A DNA stretch of 64,000 nucleotides, taken from NCBI GenBank assembly GCA_963831935.1, contig CAWHSH010000001.1:672378-736377 (forward strand), given 5' to 3'. Both the position numbers and the translations under genes were made by a program. This stretch comes from an uncultured Bacteroidales bacterium (GTDB lineage: Bacteria > Bacteroidota > Bacteroidia > Bacteroidales > VadinHA17). How positions within the stretch are numbered: the first letter of the stretch is position 1; each line of letters starts with the position of its first letter. The notes beneath the pieces were generated by a model that saw only the letters and a list, made by a program, of their open reading frames with translations, was not told the DNA's origin and made no database searches. Positions 62,628 through 64,000 of the stretch are shown here, piece by piece.

Positions 62628-64000
62628 TTATTCTGTTCTGAGTGCTTCAACCGGATTCAGCTTCAGGGCCTTGCGTGCCGGCCAGATTGAAGAAATTATC
62701 GCGGTAACAATTACCATGATTGAAATAAAAATGAAGAATTCAGGAGTTATTACCGGGTAAACTCTTGCTGCAAAACCGATGGCCTCAAATCCTTCTCCCC
62801 AACCGGCAAAGTATATTCCCGTTTTACCCAGAGCCTCGGTTATAATCCATCCCGATAGCATTCCAGCGACCGCGCCTACCATTGTAAGGAAAATGGTTTC
62901 AAGCATAATCATCCTGAAGATTCTCTTACGGTTCATGCCAATGGCCATAAGCATGCCCAGCTCTTTTGTTCTTTCAAGTATTGACATCAGCATTGTATTA
63001 ATTATGCCGAATGCAAGTGCCAGCATTATTATTCCAATGAAAATGAAATAATACATAACCATGAAATCATTCATCATTGCTGCATCCGGGGCCAGTTCCT
63101 TCCATGTACTCACTGTATCATCACCTGAAATACGGCTCAGTTTTTCCTTTACACGATCTGAGTCATTAATATTATTGAGCAATATGGCAATCTCATGTGT
63201 GAGGACTTCCTGGCTCCCGTACAGTTTTGCGAGAGCCTCTCCGTTCACAAAAACAGAGACCTGGTCATAACCGGTGTTTGTTGTCCTGTAAATACCGCAC
63301 ACCCTGAATATGCCCTGGATCGGTGTTCCTTCAAGGTCCGAAATTGTGATCTGTATCTTATTCCTGATCCTGTAATCCAGTGCTTTGTCAGTTATCGCGG
63401 GGCCATATCTTTTCAGGTCCCTTTTGCTTAATTCCTTTTTCAGTGCATCGCGGAAATCAGCGGGAGACCTGAACCGTACATCCTTAAGATTCGCAAGACC
63501 GGACAGGACATTTTCCGGAATTTTTCCTTTCCTCAGCTCATTAATTATACTATCCGTAACAATGTATTGCTTCAGCTTGAGTATTTCGGCTGTCTTGTCG
63601 CTGATAAGTATATCCCCGGGGCGTTCTTTGCTAAGGTATTCTCCGCCGGATGGTAAAATTTTCCTGTAAATCTCGGTTACCTGTTTTTCTTTTTCCGGAT
63701 CCACGCCGTAGATTATCACGCCCGTATTTGCCCATGGGGTATTTGCCATGGCAATTATCTTTGTCCTTTTAACCCAGCCTGAAAGTTCCGGCAGGGAATC
63801 GATGCTTCGGGCGATCTCATCCAGATTTGTTACAGTAAGATTTATTTCCTCATTTTTTATGTACTCTTTGTTATGTATCTGAATATGCGAAACTTCATTA
63901 TATATGGCGTCATTGAGTCGTTGTTTCACCCAGCCTTCCATAATACCAACAAGAAGAACCCCGCATATGATGCCAAGGGTCACAGCCACTATTACTACCA
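62628..64000 (-). CDS. FtsX/LolE-like ABC permease (5' end outside window)
   Basis: GIINTMLMSILERTKELG, PARKA; ORF open to window edge. Confidence 0.88.
   Translation of the reverse strand, partial: VVIVAVTLGIICGVLLVGIMEGWVKQRLNDAIYNEVSHIQIHNKEYIKNEEINLTVTNLDEIARSIDSLPELSGWVKRTKIIAMANTPWANTGVIIYGVDPEKEKQVTEIYRKILPSGGEYLSKERPGDILISDKTAEILKLKQYIVTDSIINELRKGKIPENVLSGLANLKDVRFRSPADFRDALKKELSKRDLKRYGPAITDKALDYRIRNKIQITISDLEGTPIQGIFRVCGIYRTTNTGYDQVSVFVNGEALAKLYGSQEVLTHEIAILLNNINDSDRVKEKLSRISGDDTVSTWKELAPDAAMMNDFMVMYYFIFIGIIMLALAFGIINTMLMSILERTKELGMLMAIGMNRKRIFRMIMLETIFLTMVGAVAGMLSGWIITEALGKTGIYFAGWGEGFEAIGFAARVYPVITPEFFIFISIMVIVTAIISSIWPARKALKLNPVEALRTE

Overview
Bacteroidales-like genomic DNA (TAnnTTTG -7 promoters, Bacteroidetes-type core genes) in two parts. 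(1) 1-27.5 kb is an accessory island of five paralogous three-part modules: a membrane histidine kinase with a large periplasmic TPR-like domain, an OmpR-family regulator, and a secreted N-terminal-TPR + TolB-like (PD40) beta-propeller protein with no catalytic domain. Four modules are on the - strand, one is divergent on +. Every kinase/regulator junction carries the same ~110-140 bp palindromic element with a 53-bp hairpin core. Each module has its own 10-11-bp-phased direct-repeat boxes. One propeller gene survives only as a 3' stub, and an IS200/RAYT-type Y1 transposase sits between 228-bp direct REP repeats. (2) 27.8-64 kb is mostly core genome: ettA, DUF2723 protein, a split atp operon, fabH-plsX-rpmF-yceD, LiaF/LytS/LytTR, yidD and an ABC transporter. 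Many genes, including atpD, carry single-base indels, so most frameshifts are probably long-read errors. No rRNA, tRNA or CRISPR array was seen. All alignments were done by eye and no databases were searched.
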